DNA of 64,000 bases from positions 462,784 to 526,783 of the forward strand of contig MNCI01002109.1 of assembly GCA_015680685.1 (NCBI GenBank), in the 5' to 3' direction. Origin of the DNA: Gnetum montanum. Taxonomy: Eukaryota; Plantae; Gnetophyta. The notes beneath the pieces were generated by a model. It was not told the origin of the DNA. It did no database searches and saw nothing but the letters and a program-made list of their open reading frames with translations. Positions 28,701 through 42,200 of the stretch are shown in pieces. The translations under genes were made by a program, and so were the position numbers. Position 1 is the first letter of the stretch, and every line of letters starts with the position of its first letter.

Positions 28701-31700
28701 GAAGAAGAGAGTTCCATGTATTACATATAGTAATTTAAAGTGCCATTGTGTGCAGAAGTTATGGTTAGGAAAGCAAACATCTATCTCTTCATGTAAGTAG
28801 TATGCATTAGAAGTTGAGATCCAGAGATGTTTGTATGCAGCAGCCACAAAACAAGAAGGCACCTAGTGGTTGATAGCTAATTCTAGCAGTAGTACATTAT
28901 GCATAGAACCTACTGAGGGCCTAATGTATGAACATGTTGCAAGTATGGATGAACTTGAGCAAGTTTATCACCAACTCTTGAAGGAGCAAAAGATGATGTC
29001 AATTGGGGTGAGCTGGAAATTCTTGAAAATTTTAAATAAGAGCCCCTTGAATTGAAGACACTACTAGCTAGAATGGAGTACATATTTTTAAAAAATGGGA
29101 GGCTGGTTATTATTAATGCCAAGCTTGCTATATAATAAAAGAGAAAGTTGATAAAGGTTGTGGAAAAATGGTCAACAACCTTCGCCTAGTCATATTTCGA
29201 ATTCACTGGGATAGATCCAAGAATATGCTAGCACCGAATATACATTGACCCCACCATCAAGTTGAAACGATAGCTGTAGTGATGTTTGAATCCTACGTTA
29301 AAGTAGATTATCAAAGAGGAGATTGAACAACTCCTCAAAATAGGATTCATATACCTTGTCATAGATAGTGAGTGGGTAAGTCCACTTGTGATTGTACCTA
29401 ATAAAGGAGGCAAATGGTGGGTGTGCATTGACTTTTGAATGCTCAACATGACAACTTTCAAGGATCATTTTCCGTTGCCTTTCGTCGACCAAGTGCTGGA
29501 CATCATTTCGAGGAACAACTATTATAACTTTCTAGATGGTTATAGTGGTTATAATCAAATTTAGATTGCACCAAAGAACCAAGCAAAGGTTAACTTTCAC
29601 AAGTCCTTGGGGGAATTTTATTTACTGTCAGATGCCATTTGGTCTATGTAATGCCCTAGCCACATTTCAATGATTAGTTCTTAACATTTTCTAGCAACAG
29701 ATTAGTAGTATGGTAAAAGTATTCATGGATGATTTTTCTACCTATGAAGCTATGTTTGAGCAAGCCCTAGACTATTTTGAGCAGGTGTTGAAAAGATGTG
29801 TTGAAACAAACCTCCAGCTCAATTGGCAAAAGAGCCATATTATGGTCCATGAAGGCATAGTCTTAGGGCATCGCATTTCAAAAGCAAGAATAAGGTAGAC
29901 CCTAAAATTATAAGGGTCATCCAAGGAATAACTCACCAACCTGAAACAGTCAAAGAAGTGTGATCATTCCTTGGTCATACTAGCTACTATTGACACTTTA
30001 TCAAGAATTTTTCCAAAATTGCCAAGTTGTTGGTAGAATTGACAAAGAAGGATGCATCATTCGTTTAGATCCCTGCATGTGAAGTAGCATTTCAACAATT
30101 GAAGCAAAAGCTTATTGAAACCCCCATTCTTCAAGCACTAGATTGGTCTAGACTATATCATGTGATGACCGATGCATCAAATTATGCTTTGGGAGTAATG
30201 CTTATGCAAATGGATGATCAAAAACATCCATATTATATTCATTACGCAAGCTAAAGCATTGCAGGTGCACAACTGAACTACACTACCACAAAAAAAGAGT
30301 TGATGCCAGTGGTGTTCGCCTTAGAGAAGTTCAAGCACTATGTGCTTGGCTACAAAGTGTTTATGCACATAGATCATAGTGCCATTCAATTTCTAATGAA
30401 TAAACCAACTATGAGCCCCGTGTCATACGGTGGCTCATGATTTTGCAGGAATTCAATCTCATGATGGTAGATCATAAAGGTGTGGAGAATGTGGTTGTGG
30501 ATCACTTATCATGACTAAGATGGGATGACAAGGAGAAAGAGAGCCATTTATCTGACTAATTCTTTGATGAATCTCTCCTTTTAGGGGCTATTAATACACA
30601 AATGCCCAATGAACCAAAATGGTATGAAACCATCCTCAATTGTTTGCTCAAGTAAGAACTGCTGCAAGGGTTGGACACTAGAAAGAAACAACAGTTTCTT
30701 CACTAGGTCAAGCATTTTATGGAGATTAATGAAAACCTTAACAAAGTCTATTCCAATGGCTTGGTACATTGGTGTGTTCCTAATATGGATCAACTGTGTG
30801 TTCTTCATGATGCTCACAAAGGTCCTTGTGGGGGCCATTATGCTGGGAGATGCATGGCCATAAAAATCCTCATGGTAGGGTATTTTTGGCCAATAATCTT
30901 TAGGGATGCACATTAATTCATTCATGCTTGTGATTGTTGCTAGAGGGATAGTGGAATGATAGCTCGAATGGATGGACAACAACAATGGATACAACCTCTC
31001 AAGCCATTTGATATTTGGGGCATTAACTTTATGGGTCCCATCACACCTTTATCACATGGAAAGGCATATATAATAGTTGTAGTTAACTATTGTACCAAGT
31101 GGGTAGAAGTAGCAATCATCACTGATTGTACATCCACCACTGTTGCTCGGTTTGTACAACAAAACATAGTGTAAACAGGTTTGGTGTACCTAATGCGTTA
31201 ATTTCTAATAATGGAACTCATTTTACAGGTGCCACTTTTCAGAAATTGATGCAACGCTTGGGGGTTGAACATAAACTCACAATACCATATCACCCCTAAG
31301 CCAATGGTCAAATTGAGGTCACTAATTGAAAGATTACAAAAATATTAATGCATACCATTAGCAAATACTAAAGGAACTAGAGTAGTAAATTAAATGATGC
31401 CCTTTGGGCCTATCGCTCCACATGGAAGCTTCCCATAGGTTATTCTTCCTATGAGCTTGTGTTAGGAAAACTACCAACATTGCCCATCCAATCCAAGCTC
31501 CGTACACTCTCTACAGCGTGTGACCTTGACCTAAATCTCAATCTAGCATAGAAAGAACAATTGATAAACCGTAACTTGCTAGAATAAAATTGGTTAATGG
31601 CTCTGTCATCCAACAAAATGCATAAGGCATTCAACAAGAAATTCCATGACCTCAAAATAAGAAAAGTCAAGTTTCAACCAGGAGACAAGGTTCTCTATTG

Positions 31701-31971
31701 GAATCTTGCACATGTACCCCAATGAAACAAATTTTAAACATTGTGGGAAGAACCTTACATCATTGATGAAACTTTTCCTTCTGGGGCCATGATCATCTAC
31801 AAACCTGACAACCCAAATAAGCAACAAGTAGTCAACATTCAACAAATAAAACCTTTCCATGAGCCCAAGCCAAACAACTCAAGAAACACCTTGCTTGATG
31901 GAAAACCATGCTCAATCTTTCAAATCTCTCCCTTCAAACTTAGTCGTGGGGGAGATGGCCACCCATACTAA
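25772..31971 (+). pseudogene. decayed gag-pol
   Basis: ORF fragments at 26629, 28168, 28501, 29710, 30719, 30956 and 31741 carry gag, PR, RT and INT motifs. Confidence 0.9.
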
Positions 31972-34479
31972 CAACTCTTATGGCTCCATAGTCTTTTGAT
32001 TTTTTATTTTACACATTTTTGATTTTACAACTTTTTGTTTTCATCTTCTTTTTTTTTACATCTTTGTTTTACATATTTTTATTTTTAAGGTTATTGACCT
32101 TCTCTTAATTTTTTTACACCATTGTTAATATATTCAATATCTATTATCTACTCTTTTACCCTTTTTTATGGTTATGTTCGCTTGTGTTTAATGTGTCTCT
32201 CTACGTTTTTTGCTAACAAGATGGCAGGTATAATGGTAATGCGCTACTCAATGGTGGTATGCTTCATTTGTAATTTGATTATTGATGTTTAGTTTCTAAC
32301 TTTGAATGTCATTGCTAATGACTGGGACATGGTTTCTTTTCATGTAATAGGCATGAGTCCACATCATCCACCCATCCACATACTTTATGGTTTTCCTAGT
32401 TTTGGAAGCATGCAATCTTTTCTTCATTAATGTAACTTTAATAAATTGGTGACTTGTGTAGTTTCTATAATTGGAAAGGAATTAAAGGTTTGAACAGAGT
32501 ATGGCTTCAAAGGGATGTGGTATTCTTTATATTTTTCTATTTTCCTATGTAGGAGTGTTCTTGTAAGCCTATGACTATTTTGCATCATTTCACAATAGGA
32601 AGTCAAATAAGTCCTTGCATGATGTGGTCCTCATCACAAAAAAAAAAGAAAAAAGATGAGGATTCAAAGCACATCCCTTGGACAAAATAAATGTTAAAAT
32701 GCATGGGTCTTTGCATGGTGTGGTTCCCATTTAGAAAAAAAACATGGGGATTCAAAGTACACCCCTTAGACCAAATAAAAAGGCTACAAGCACTAGTTGT
32801 GAGACTTGTCTTGTCTCCTCTAACTAAGGTCCTTTCTTACTTCCTACCTTCGCTTCAATTTGGAACGGTGGTTATTTTGTGGGAGCATTCTTATGTCTTA
32901 AGGGATGAACTAGCCTTAGAATGTTGATGCGAAGTCACTAAAAGTGGTTGGTTTTGGTTTAGACTAAGGATGGATCCTACCAAGTCATTTAATCACAAAT
33001 TTCACAAGAGACTACATGTGACCATAATTAGGAACTCCATTCCACTTTCTCTATCATCCATCTATGCTTTGGCTTCATGTTTTGATTCAATATTCTGGTT
33101 TGATGTGTTGGGTTTCTTAGTCAATTACTTTGAAGTTATGCAAGGGCATAAAAGGCCTGTGCTTGCTTTGGGGAGGACCCACTTGCATATCTTTTGGTTT
33201 GGTTAAGTTAAGTTCTTTACCCTTAAACATTGTTATAATTAAATTCTTTTTATTTATCCTATCCATGACATCTAATTATATGTACCTTCACAACTATTTG
33301 TAATGAACTCCTTTTTATTGTTGTGAATACCCTCTTTCTAGTATTCCGTGTGTTAAGCTTTTTTTGAATTTTATGGATCGCTTCTCTTACTTAATCCATT
33401 TGTCAGTCTTTCCACTAATAATATCAAGCAACCAATCTATCACAATCACAACTTGGCTAGATAAAATCATTGATGAGACAAGGTATTCAGTTGTTATCTA
33501 TACACTATATATACTAATCCTTGGTTCTATTGTGATTGCAGTGGGAAGCGTGGATTGGAAGCAAGACTATCTTCACTAAGGAGGATGCGACCATATCACT
33601 CGTGAGAGATTGTTCATTATTGCTAGATCTCTTCTACCTCTCCCTCATTCTTCTATGTGAAGAGGGGTTGGATGTCCTTTGGATCCATGGGTGTTCTTTT
33701 CTGCTATCATGAACACCCAATTTTGTACATTCTCAAAGTTCAAAATGGATATTCATTAGTTGATTCTCCTACAACCTTAGAAAAGACCTATGCATTCAAG
33801 CAACACTCTTCAATAGGAATCTTTGCATTGAAACTTCCCTTCTTAAATTTGTGTGGAGTCACCATATGGGAGTCTCTCTATCTTTTAGTGAGCGCTCTCT
33901 CGTCCCAATTTCGACCACTCTCTCTTGTAACAAGTTGGTTAGTTTTGGTGGATGATAGTTCCCCAGATTGCAAATGGTTATTTATGAAGATGTTTCCTAG
34001 AGTCTCATTCCATGACTTATTGTGGTTTATGTACTTGATACCTTTTTACTATTAATAAAACTTCTTTTCGGGGTCCAACACCACCACCACCCACCCACCC
34101 ACCACCGCCTCCCCCCCCAAAATGAAGGTCCCTAGTATTTTTTAGTTCTAACTTTGCTTATTTTTACTATTGTGCAATACATCCAAAAGGTCCATAGAAC
34201 TTAATAAAATGTAAGTTTCAATTAAAAAAAATGCATATAATTATTATAAAATTTTAAGGTATTGTAATAAAATGTTTTTTCTTGTTTCACGGATAAAATA
34301 ATGAAAATTAAACTAAGAGTCAAAGCATTTTTCATGGTTTATGTAATTGATATCTTTTTTCTATTAATAAAACTTCTTTTTGGGGTCCAATACGACCCCT
34401 TCTAAAATGAAGGTCCCTAATATCCATACATTGGAATGAAAGGAAGTTGCCCATGCAATGCCTCTTCAACAATTTTTTT

Positions 34480-35400
34480 GAAATACTTTACATCATGATT
34501 CAGAGCGCACATAACGAAATTGCACACATAACGAAATATCAAATTCTTGAACTAAGACTCGGAATCTATTATTTCATTTTTCCGAAATACTTTACATCAT
34601 GATTCGTTTGAGCACACATTAATAAAACTTCTTTTCAGGGTCCAATACCACCCCTTTTAAATGAAGGTCCCTAATATCCATACATTGGAATGAAAGGAAA
34701 TTGCCCATGCAATGCCTCTTCAACAAAAAGTTGTTCCCGTTCCCTAAGACTCTTGGGAATCCCTTATTTCATTTTTCCAAAATACTCTACATCATGATTC
34801 AGAGCACACATAACGAAATACCAAATTCTTGAACTAAGACTCTCGGGAATCCCTTATTTCATTTTTCCAAAATACTCTACATCATGATTCAGAGCACACA
34901 TAACGAAATGAAATACCAAATTCTTGAACTAAGACTCTCGGGAATCCCTTATTTTATTTTTCCAAAATACTCTACATCATGATTCAAAGCACACATAACG
35001 AAATACCAAATTCTTGAACTGAGCTCAGAATCTGTTATTTCATTTTTCCAAAATACTCTACATCATGATTCATATGAGCACACATAACGGCCGAATACAT
35101 CATGATTAGTCTGAGCGCAAATAACGAAATACCAAATTCCTGCTCTTATCGTCAAGATTAAACAACGAGAAGCGTTACCCGTTATTTCATTTTTTCGAAA
35201 TGCTCTCATGATATCCATGATTCGTCAGAGCGCACATAACGAAATACCGAATTCTTAAACTGTCTTTCTTATTTTATAGTCAAAATTAAACAACAAAAAC
35301 CGTTACCCGTCATTTCATTTTTCCGAAACACTATACATTCAGAGCGCACATAACGAAATACCGAATTCTTGAACTGTATTTTTTTATTTTATCGTCAAAA
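34480..35400. repeat. ~85-90 bp tandem repeat array (about 9-10 degenerate units) upstream of the PME gene
   Basis: Unit core AAATACTCTACATCATGATTCAGAGCACACATAACGAAATACCAAATTCTTGAACT...TTATTTCATTTTTCC recurs, interleaved with a second duplicated block (AATAAAACTTCTTTT..GGGTCCAA..AAATGAAGGTCCCTA at ~34054, 34365, 34621). Confidence 0.9.
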
Positions 35401-35756
35401 TTAAACATCTAGAAGCCTTACATAGAAGAGGAATCCAGCTACCTTAAAAATAACTTAAACAAGAAAAATCCAACTCACACTGCATAAATTCAGAATAACA
35501 TCAACGGGATTACCCATCACAATCGATAATTTAGGCATTTTCATACCGAAAAGAGCGGCTGCCGCCTACGATTAACAAACATAATTGAAAACAAGACGGA
35601 CGCAGGCGAACCCGTTATTCTATATTTGAACACCGTTACCATTAACTGCAGAACGTGAGAATGTACGTATAGAGCCAGAAATTTGGAAATTTGCAAGTCC
35701 AGCCTTGCTCAGCAGAATAAAGAATTGGAATCCATCCGCATGGTAGCACGGTAAAG

Positions 35757-37515
35757 ATGGATCGTGTTTTTTACAAATCCGTGGTGGTTATTGCAGTGGT
35801 ACTTCATGCAACACTATTTTTCGTCCCGGCTTTGGCAGGCGCAACCATCGTCGTGGCTAAGGATGGCTCTGCAAAATTCAACTCCATTCAGGCTGCTGTC
35901 AACTCTGTTGCCAACCAGCGGAGCCGTGTGGTTATTAACATCAGGCCCGGAGTTTACAAGTAAGCTCAGTGCAATTAGCAATGCCTAATATCTGTAATAT
36001 CATCCACGAACGTTGAAATTTTGCCATATATGTCATCGCAGAATGTTGTTGCTTAGCAACTAAATTTAGCCATATCTTATAGGTTTTTCTGGGACGTAAT
36101 AAGAAAAGAGTTTCAGTTGCATGCAGGTTATCAACTTCAACTTGTTTGCCGTTTGGCCACTTGTACTTTTGTAGTTAGCCTTATGATGCACCTTACAAGG
36201 AATTCAGTAACTTATCCCTGTAGCCTGTGCTGAAATCAAAATTGAGTATTAACTTTCTTTTATGACACAGACCTGTGCCTTCTTTTGTATACATATTTTT
36301 ACAATTTGTCCATCATCTTAGTCAAATTACATTTAGACACATAGATGGTACGTTATAGTTGTTAACGCAGCTTCTTCGAATTTCTAATTTGTTAAAAGCG
36401 AAACAAGAAATGCAAAATTGCGCAGTTTATTCCTGGTTCCATGCCGCTTCTCTGACGATGGTTACCTACCAATTGGGTGGCTGATTTGTTTTAAATCCTA
36501 CGGAGCGAGCACTTCGATTACAAGGAAAACGTTATACCAACATCCTTACTAACATTTCCACAATTCATCTCATCATCAAACGCAACAAGATTTCCATCTC
36601 AATTTCAAGCTCAGGTAACCAAGGCACGAACCAATTCTGTGTGGTTGCAGAGAGAAGGTAAAAATCCCAGCATATCAAGGACCCATAACATTGGCGGGCG
36701 CGGGAGCACAGAACACAAGAATCGTGTGGGGCGACACGTTTTCAGACAAGGGCGATCTGACGGTCGTGGCGACGATGCTGGTGGAGTCGGCCGGATTCGT
36801 GGCCAAAGATCTGACCATTGAGGTGAGAAAGATAAGTTAGATAAGATGGGTGGATTTGAGCAAAGGAAAGAGAAAACGAACTAACGACTGGATTTGTGTA
36901 AAGAACTCATCACCGGATCCAGGGCAAGGCGGAAGGGGTGATCAGGCGGTGTCTGTAGCGTTGCTGGGCGACATGGCAGCCCTGTACAGGGTCCAGATGC
37001 TGGGTTTCCAGGACACGCTGTACGACGCCGCGGGTCGCCACTACTTCAAGAACTGCTACATCGCGGGCAGCATCGACTTCATCTGCGGCAACGCGCGATC
37101 AATGTACGACTCTTGCACGCTCGCGACGCGGTCCGATGGCTACGGCGTGGGCGGGTCTATCGTGGCTCAGAAGCGCGACAGCGCCACGGAGGGCACCGGC
37201 TTCCTGTTCAAGAACTGCCGCATCGTGAGCTTCGGGCCACAGTACAAGGGCAAGGTCATGCTCGCCCGCGCCTGGGGGGCCCACTCCTACGTCGTCTTCG
37301 ATCAGACCCTCATGGATGACGTCATCTACAGCCCTGCTTACGCCGCCTGGGACAAGTCCCCCCAGCAGCTCACTTTCATTGAAACCGCCTCCAGTGGCCC
37401 CGGCGCAGCGCGAGGCGTGCTTCGTCCCAACTTTGTGAAGGTTTCCAGTCAGCCTTCCACTACCTATTCCGCCAACTTTATCGATGCCCAGCAATGGCTC
37501 CCCTCCGTTGTTTAA
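35757..37515 (+). CDS. PME: pectin methylesterase (pectinesterase, CE8), group 1/type II without PMEI pro-region; exons 35757-35959, 36651-36822, 36904-37515; 328 aa
   Basis: Signal peptide; IVVAKDGSAKFNSIQAAV; GVYKEKV across intron 1; QAVSV, FQDTLY, GSIDFICG, LARAW. GT-AG introns join in frame (203+172+612 = 987 nt). Confidence 0.95.
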
Positions 37516-38949
37516 CCACCGCCTTACATCCATCCATCCATCCATCCTCTCCTCAGTTTAGACATTGGTACCTATGAGAACCACGATTATGTTAAGCATG
37601 GGATAGTTGCTGTCCATGTCTCTTTCATTTAACCATGAAATAATGTTGGTAACTAATGTGCTTCATGTTCATGCTGCACATATTTCATAAAATGTTTAAC
37701 CATGACGGCATGCATTTGAAACAAAACAATTCATAGCTCTCAGAAATTGTATATATATATTTGCTCACTTCTCTTTTTGCTCACTTATATAACCTCTCTT
37801 TTTGTGGAATTGAACCTTTGATTGTCCCCTCTTTTTTCTGGCCTAGAGGCCAACAACATTGAAATTCTACAAGGACAATAATATTTCCCATATTTTCATG
37901 TGATGTAATACATCAACTTTTAAGACTCTCTTCCTTTGGCCAAATAATATATATTCATTGTTAATATATAGCTAAATTACTTTAATACCAATTTCATATA
38001 TTTGAAGTGCAAATTTGTTCTCTTTTACATCAATTATGTTTTTTTCATGAACCTCTTCATGGTAAACTAGAATCTATGTCATCCAACTCATGGACCAAAC
38101 TTGGACCAAACTAGAACAAGCATTTAAATGACAATCAAATGGAACTTCCACGTCATGCCATGCACATATTTATTGTTAAGATTATGTTATAAAGCTTTTC
38201 ATATCTTTTCACATCTTCATAGATATGAATTTCAATGTAGCCTCTACAATGCAACCTTACAATGCCTTGGCTATAGTAGCAATTTTTTAAACATATGGCA
38301 ATAAAAAATTTCCATTTTGTTGGAATTCCAAAAAAAGGAGACAGGGCTCCAGTGCGGGAATAGAATTTGGATAAATGAAGATTTGACATGTAAAGAAATA
38401 GAAAAAGGTTAAAGCTACACATGAAAAAGGTCTCATGGCTTACCTAAATGCTAATAATGTGGCAGTGATTACAAATAAAAAATATTCAAGAAATTTCTCA
38501 AAAAATTTATAGGCTTCTAGAAGAAATAACATTTTCTTGGGCTTCCCTATCAATCAAAACATGAATCCATTCCTCCTAAGAAAACATCTAGCCCTAATTT
38601 GAAATAAAAATTTTCTAGTAGGATGATCTCTTCTCTTTACATTCCCCATGAATGCATAAGAATTTGATTCAAAAACTTCCTCAATGTTGGGAGCATTAGG
38701 ATTATCTCATTCAAGAGCTTGGCTTGATGTCTCCTCCACTTCCATAGTTTGCATATCTTTACCCTTACTACCTTGTGAATTGGACATTTCCATTACTTAT
38801 GTTCCCATTCTCTACATTTGAAGCATTGAATCTTGATGAGTTGCTACCTTGAATCTTACCTCCCTTTCCTTGGTTCTTATTGGCTTATCCCAAGTTTCAT
38901 TAAATTCTTTGCAATAAATCTTAGACAAGGTTGAAGAGGTAGACCCTTG

Positions 38950-39240
38950 GGAGGTATTGTGTGTTTAGTTAGAAATTCTTTGGAGCATCTTATGCAACTA
39001 GAAAAGCTAGATGAATATATACAATATATCTGGTTAAAAGTTTACCATCAACAAGGATGTGTTTTTCTTTCCATTTTCTATTTTTCTCCTAGATAAGATA
39101 CTTTATATGACATGGTAGATTTATCTTGAGATTATCCTTCCCAAAATTTTAAAATAGATATTGTGGAGTTTAGAACTAAAGGAGCTATTTTTATCTATGG
39201 AGATTTTAATGCTCAAGTGGGATCACTCCAAATAGAATAA
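38950..39240 (+). mobile_element. LINE endonuclease remnant
   Basis: GGIVCLVRNSL...YIWLK and GAIFIYGDFNAQVG, typical apurinic-endonuclease motifs. Confidence 0.6.
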
Positions 39241-39242
39241 AC

Positions 39243-42200
39243 TACAATAGTTATGTTGTAATACACTACAATCTTAAGTATTTAATTGTAGATATTTGAA
39301 ACATAATCAATGTAAAACTATTGTTCATCTCTATCATTTTACTACTGTTAATATTCAGTTTACATCTGACATCCCAAGCTATAAACATGGTTATAAGGAA
39401 GCCTTCAAGGTAGTGTGTTTGGCTTTCATTCCAATGCTTTCTTCTTTCCCATTCTTTGATGTTCATTGTGTCTCAAAAATTCTCTTTGAGCCACTAACAT
39501 AAAAATCTAGGAGCCTGTTTCTTACTAGGGTTTCTCTTATTTTTCCCAAAGATATATTCTTGTGTTTTTCTATTGATTTATTTATTATTATTATCATGAA
39601 CAATCTAAAAATCACAATTGGTATCACAACTATGTTCTTTTGTGGTGGTTTTTGTTGGGTGTTGGTTGATTTCAAGTTATGGTAAACTTTGAAAAAATCA
39701 AAAATGAAAAATTCTGTAGCAATGATTACAAAGTTTGGAAAATGTACATGAAAGATCTTCTTGTCAATGAAGATCTCTGGCAAGTAATTGTTGATTCAAA
39801 GCCTCCCAATGTCATAGATTCAAACTAGGAGGCCTTGGATAGAAAGGCGCTAAGCAGAATTCATTTGTCTTTGGTGCTACTCAATGTTTCTAGAGTTCTA
39901 ATTGCCAAAGATTTGTGGGAAAAATTAAAAGATTTGTACCAAAAAAATCAATTGCTAACATATTGTTTCATAGGAAGAATTTACACACACCCAAGATGCC
40001 TAAAAGTATGTTAATTATTGATCATTTAAGTATCTTCAATGATATCATGATGCAACTTGAAGTAGTTGAAGATGAAATGAAAAAGGAAGATCGTTGTATG
40101 TATCTTTTAAAGTCTCTTCCTGAGTCTTGGAATACTTTTGTAACATCAACAAGTAATTCTGTGTCAACTCTTAATTTCGATACTATTGTAGCCCAACTCC
40201 TTAGTGAAGAAAGGAGAATTAAAAACTCTAGCTTAAAGTTGAAAAAAGCCCACATTTTAAACCTCCTAGATCTTAGAAAAATTTCATAAAACTAAGATGT
40301 TGGAATTGTGGAAAGATTTGACATCTTAAAAATGATTGTAAAGCAACAAAGAAAGGAAAAGTATCTGCAAATAATAATAATAAAAATGAAATTCCTCCTC
40401 CTTATCAAGAGGGAGATTTGTATGTGGTGTCATTAGGTGATGACACTGAGTTTCTTAGTATATTGATTTTGGTGCTTCCTATCACTATGCCCCACACCTT
40501 GAATGGTTTTGTGAATACTTTGTTTGTAACCTCGGTGTGGTCAAACTAGGTGATGATGGTCTTTGTGATGTTGTTGGGTATGGTAAAGTTAAAATCCAAT
40601 TTAAGGATGTAACCATTAAAACTACATCTCATGTTCATCATGTATTTGAACTCATAATGAATCTCTTGTTTATGAGTGAGTTAGATTCTACAATTCTAAC
40701 TATCATATTTGGTGAAGGAAAATGTAAAATCTTGTAAGGGTCTTTACCTTTAGCCATTGGTGTAAAGGTGGGAAGACTTTACTAGTTGGAAGCAAGAATG
40801 TTGTAGCACAACTTCAACATGGTAGCAATTACTGACTTGCATTCAAGCATTGATCTTTGGCATAGAAGATTCGTATACTTAAGTGAAAAAGGTTTAAAGG
40901 AACTACATAAAAACATTTAAGTGAAAAAGGTTTAAAGAAACTACATTAAAAAGGGAAAATTAACCTTATAGAAGAATCTCTAAATTTTTGTCATCATTGC
41001 CTACTTGGTAAACAAACATGTTCAAGATTGCCAAGAAGTAATGCTAAAGTTAATGAAGTGTTAGAGTTAATACATAGTGATGTATGTGAACTAGTTAAAG
41101 ACTTACAAACATTCTCACTTGGAGGTGCTACATATTATGTTTCATTCATTGATGAATTTTCAAGGAAAGCTTGGATCTATTTGACAAAACATAAGTTTGA
41201 AGTATTGGAAAAACTTAAAGAGTTCAAAGCTCTTGTTGAAAATTATTTAGGAAAGAAAATCAAGGTTTTCAGAATAGATAATGGTGGTGAATTTTGCTCC
41301 CATGCTTTTAACAATTTTTGTAAAGAACATGACATATATAGGCAAAAGACTATTCCAAGAACTCCTAAACAAAATGGAGTAGCTAAACGTTTTAATAGAA
41401 TGTTGCTGGAAAGAATTAGATGCATACTAAGTGAAGTTGGTCTTAGTAAACATTTTTGGGCTAAAGCTACAATGACTACTTATTATCTCATCAATTGGTC
41501 TCCATCCTTTGCAATTGATGGAAAGATTGTAGATGAAATATGAAGTGGAAAGTTTATTAATTTGAATTATCTTCAAGTTCTTGGATGTGAAGCTTATGTT
41601 TACATTCTGAAAATTGATAGATCAAAATTAGACTATAAGTCTGTAAGATGTATTTTTCTTGGTTATGGTCATGGTGTTAAAGTTTATAAGTTGTACAACC
41701 CAGAAACTAAGAGGGTTATCTATAGTCATGATGTTGTATTTAGAGAGTCTTGCAAACATATTAAGTGCAATCTCTCTAATGATGTAACACCTGATCATGT
41801 ATCTTTTCAAGTTAATAAAGGAAATTCAGAGGGTCATCCTTCCTCGGTAGGAGATATTGCTCCTAAGCAATAAGATGATGTGCATAATATACAAGATATA
41901 AGTATAGGGGAAGATGAAAGTGAAGATGAGGAAATCAAGTATCAACCTCACAACCCTTAAGACAGTTTGGTTGCACCAGAAAGTTATCCACTCGATTTAA
42001 AGATCAAATTCTAATTGCTGAAGCTGAACCACTTACTTATGATGAAGCGTGCACATCTCTTTATCATAAAGAATGGAAATTAACGATTGATGATGAAATG
42101 TTTGCTATTCATAGGAATAAGACATGGAAATTCATTGAACTTCCATCTGATAGAAAACCAATTGGATGTAAGTGGGTGTTCAAAATTAAATTTGGTAACT

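Larger units (their letters stand above)
24738..33300 (+). mobile_element. Athila-like Ty3/Gypsy element, 5' LTR plus decayed gag-pol, 3'-truncated
   Basis: LTR ~24738-25607 ending CTCATCA. PBS TGGCACCATTGCCAAGGAC at 25609-25627. gag (KLKLFPRTL), protease LLDSGFNVNLI, RT VFMDDF, integrase GGHY and PFDIWGINFMGP. Internal PPT at 31940-31952. No ORF2 or 3' LTR seen. Confidence 0.9.

Noticed and set aside
33330-34080. Possible LINE 3' end or gene fragment (ORFs 33364, 33657)
   Set aside because: No diagnostic motif could be read, so it is left unannotated.
34480-35400. Regular repeats resembling a CRISPR array
   Set aside because: Whole units are repeated with no unique spacers, there are no cas genes, and the context is eukaryotic.
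37099-37545. 148-aa antisense ORF and 68-aa alternate-frame ORF over PME exon 3
   Set aside because: Expected by-product of GC3-rich coding sequence; no recognisable motifs.
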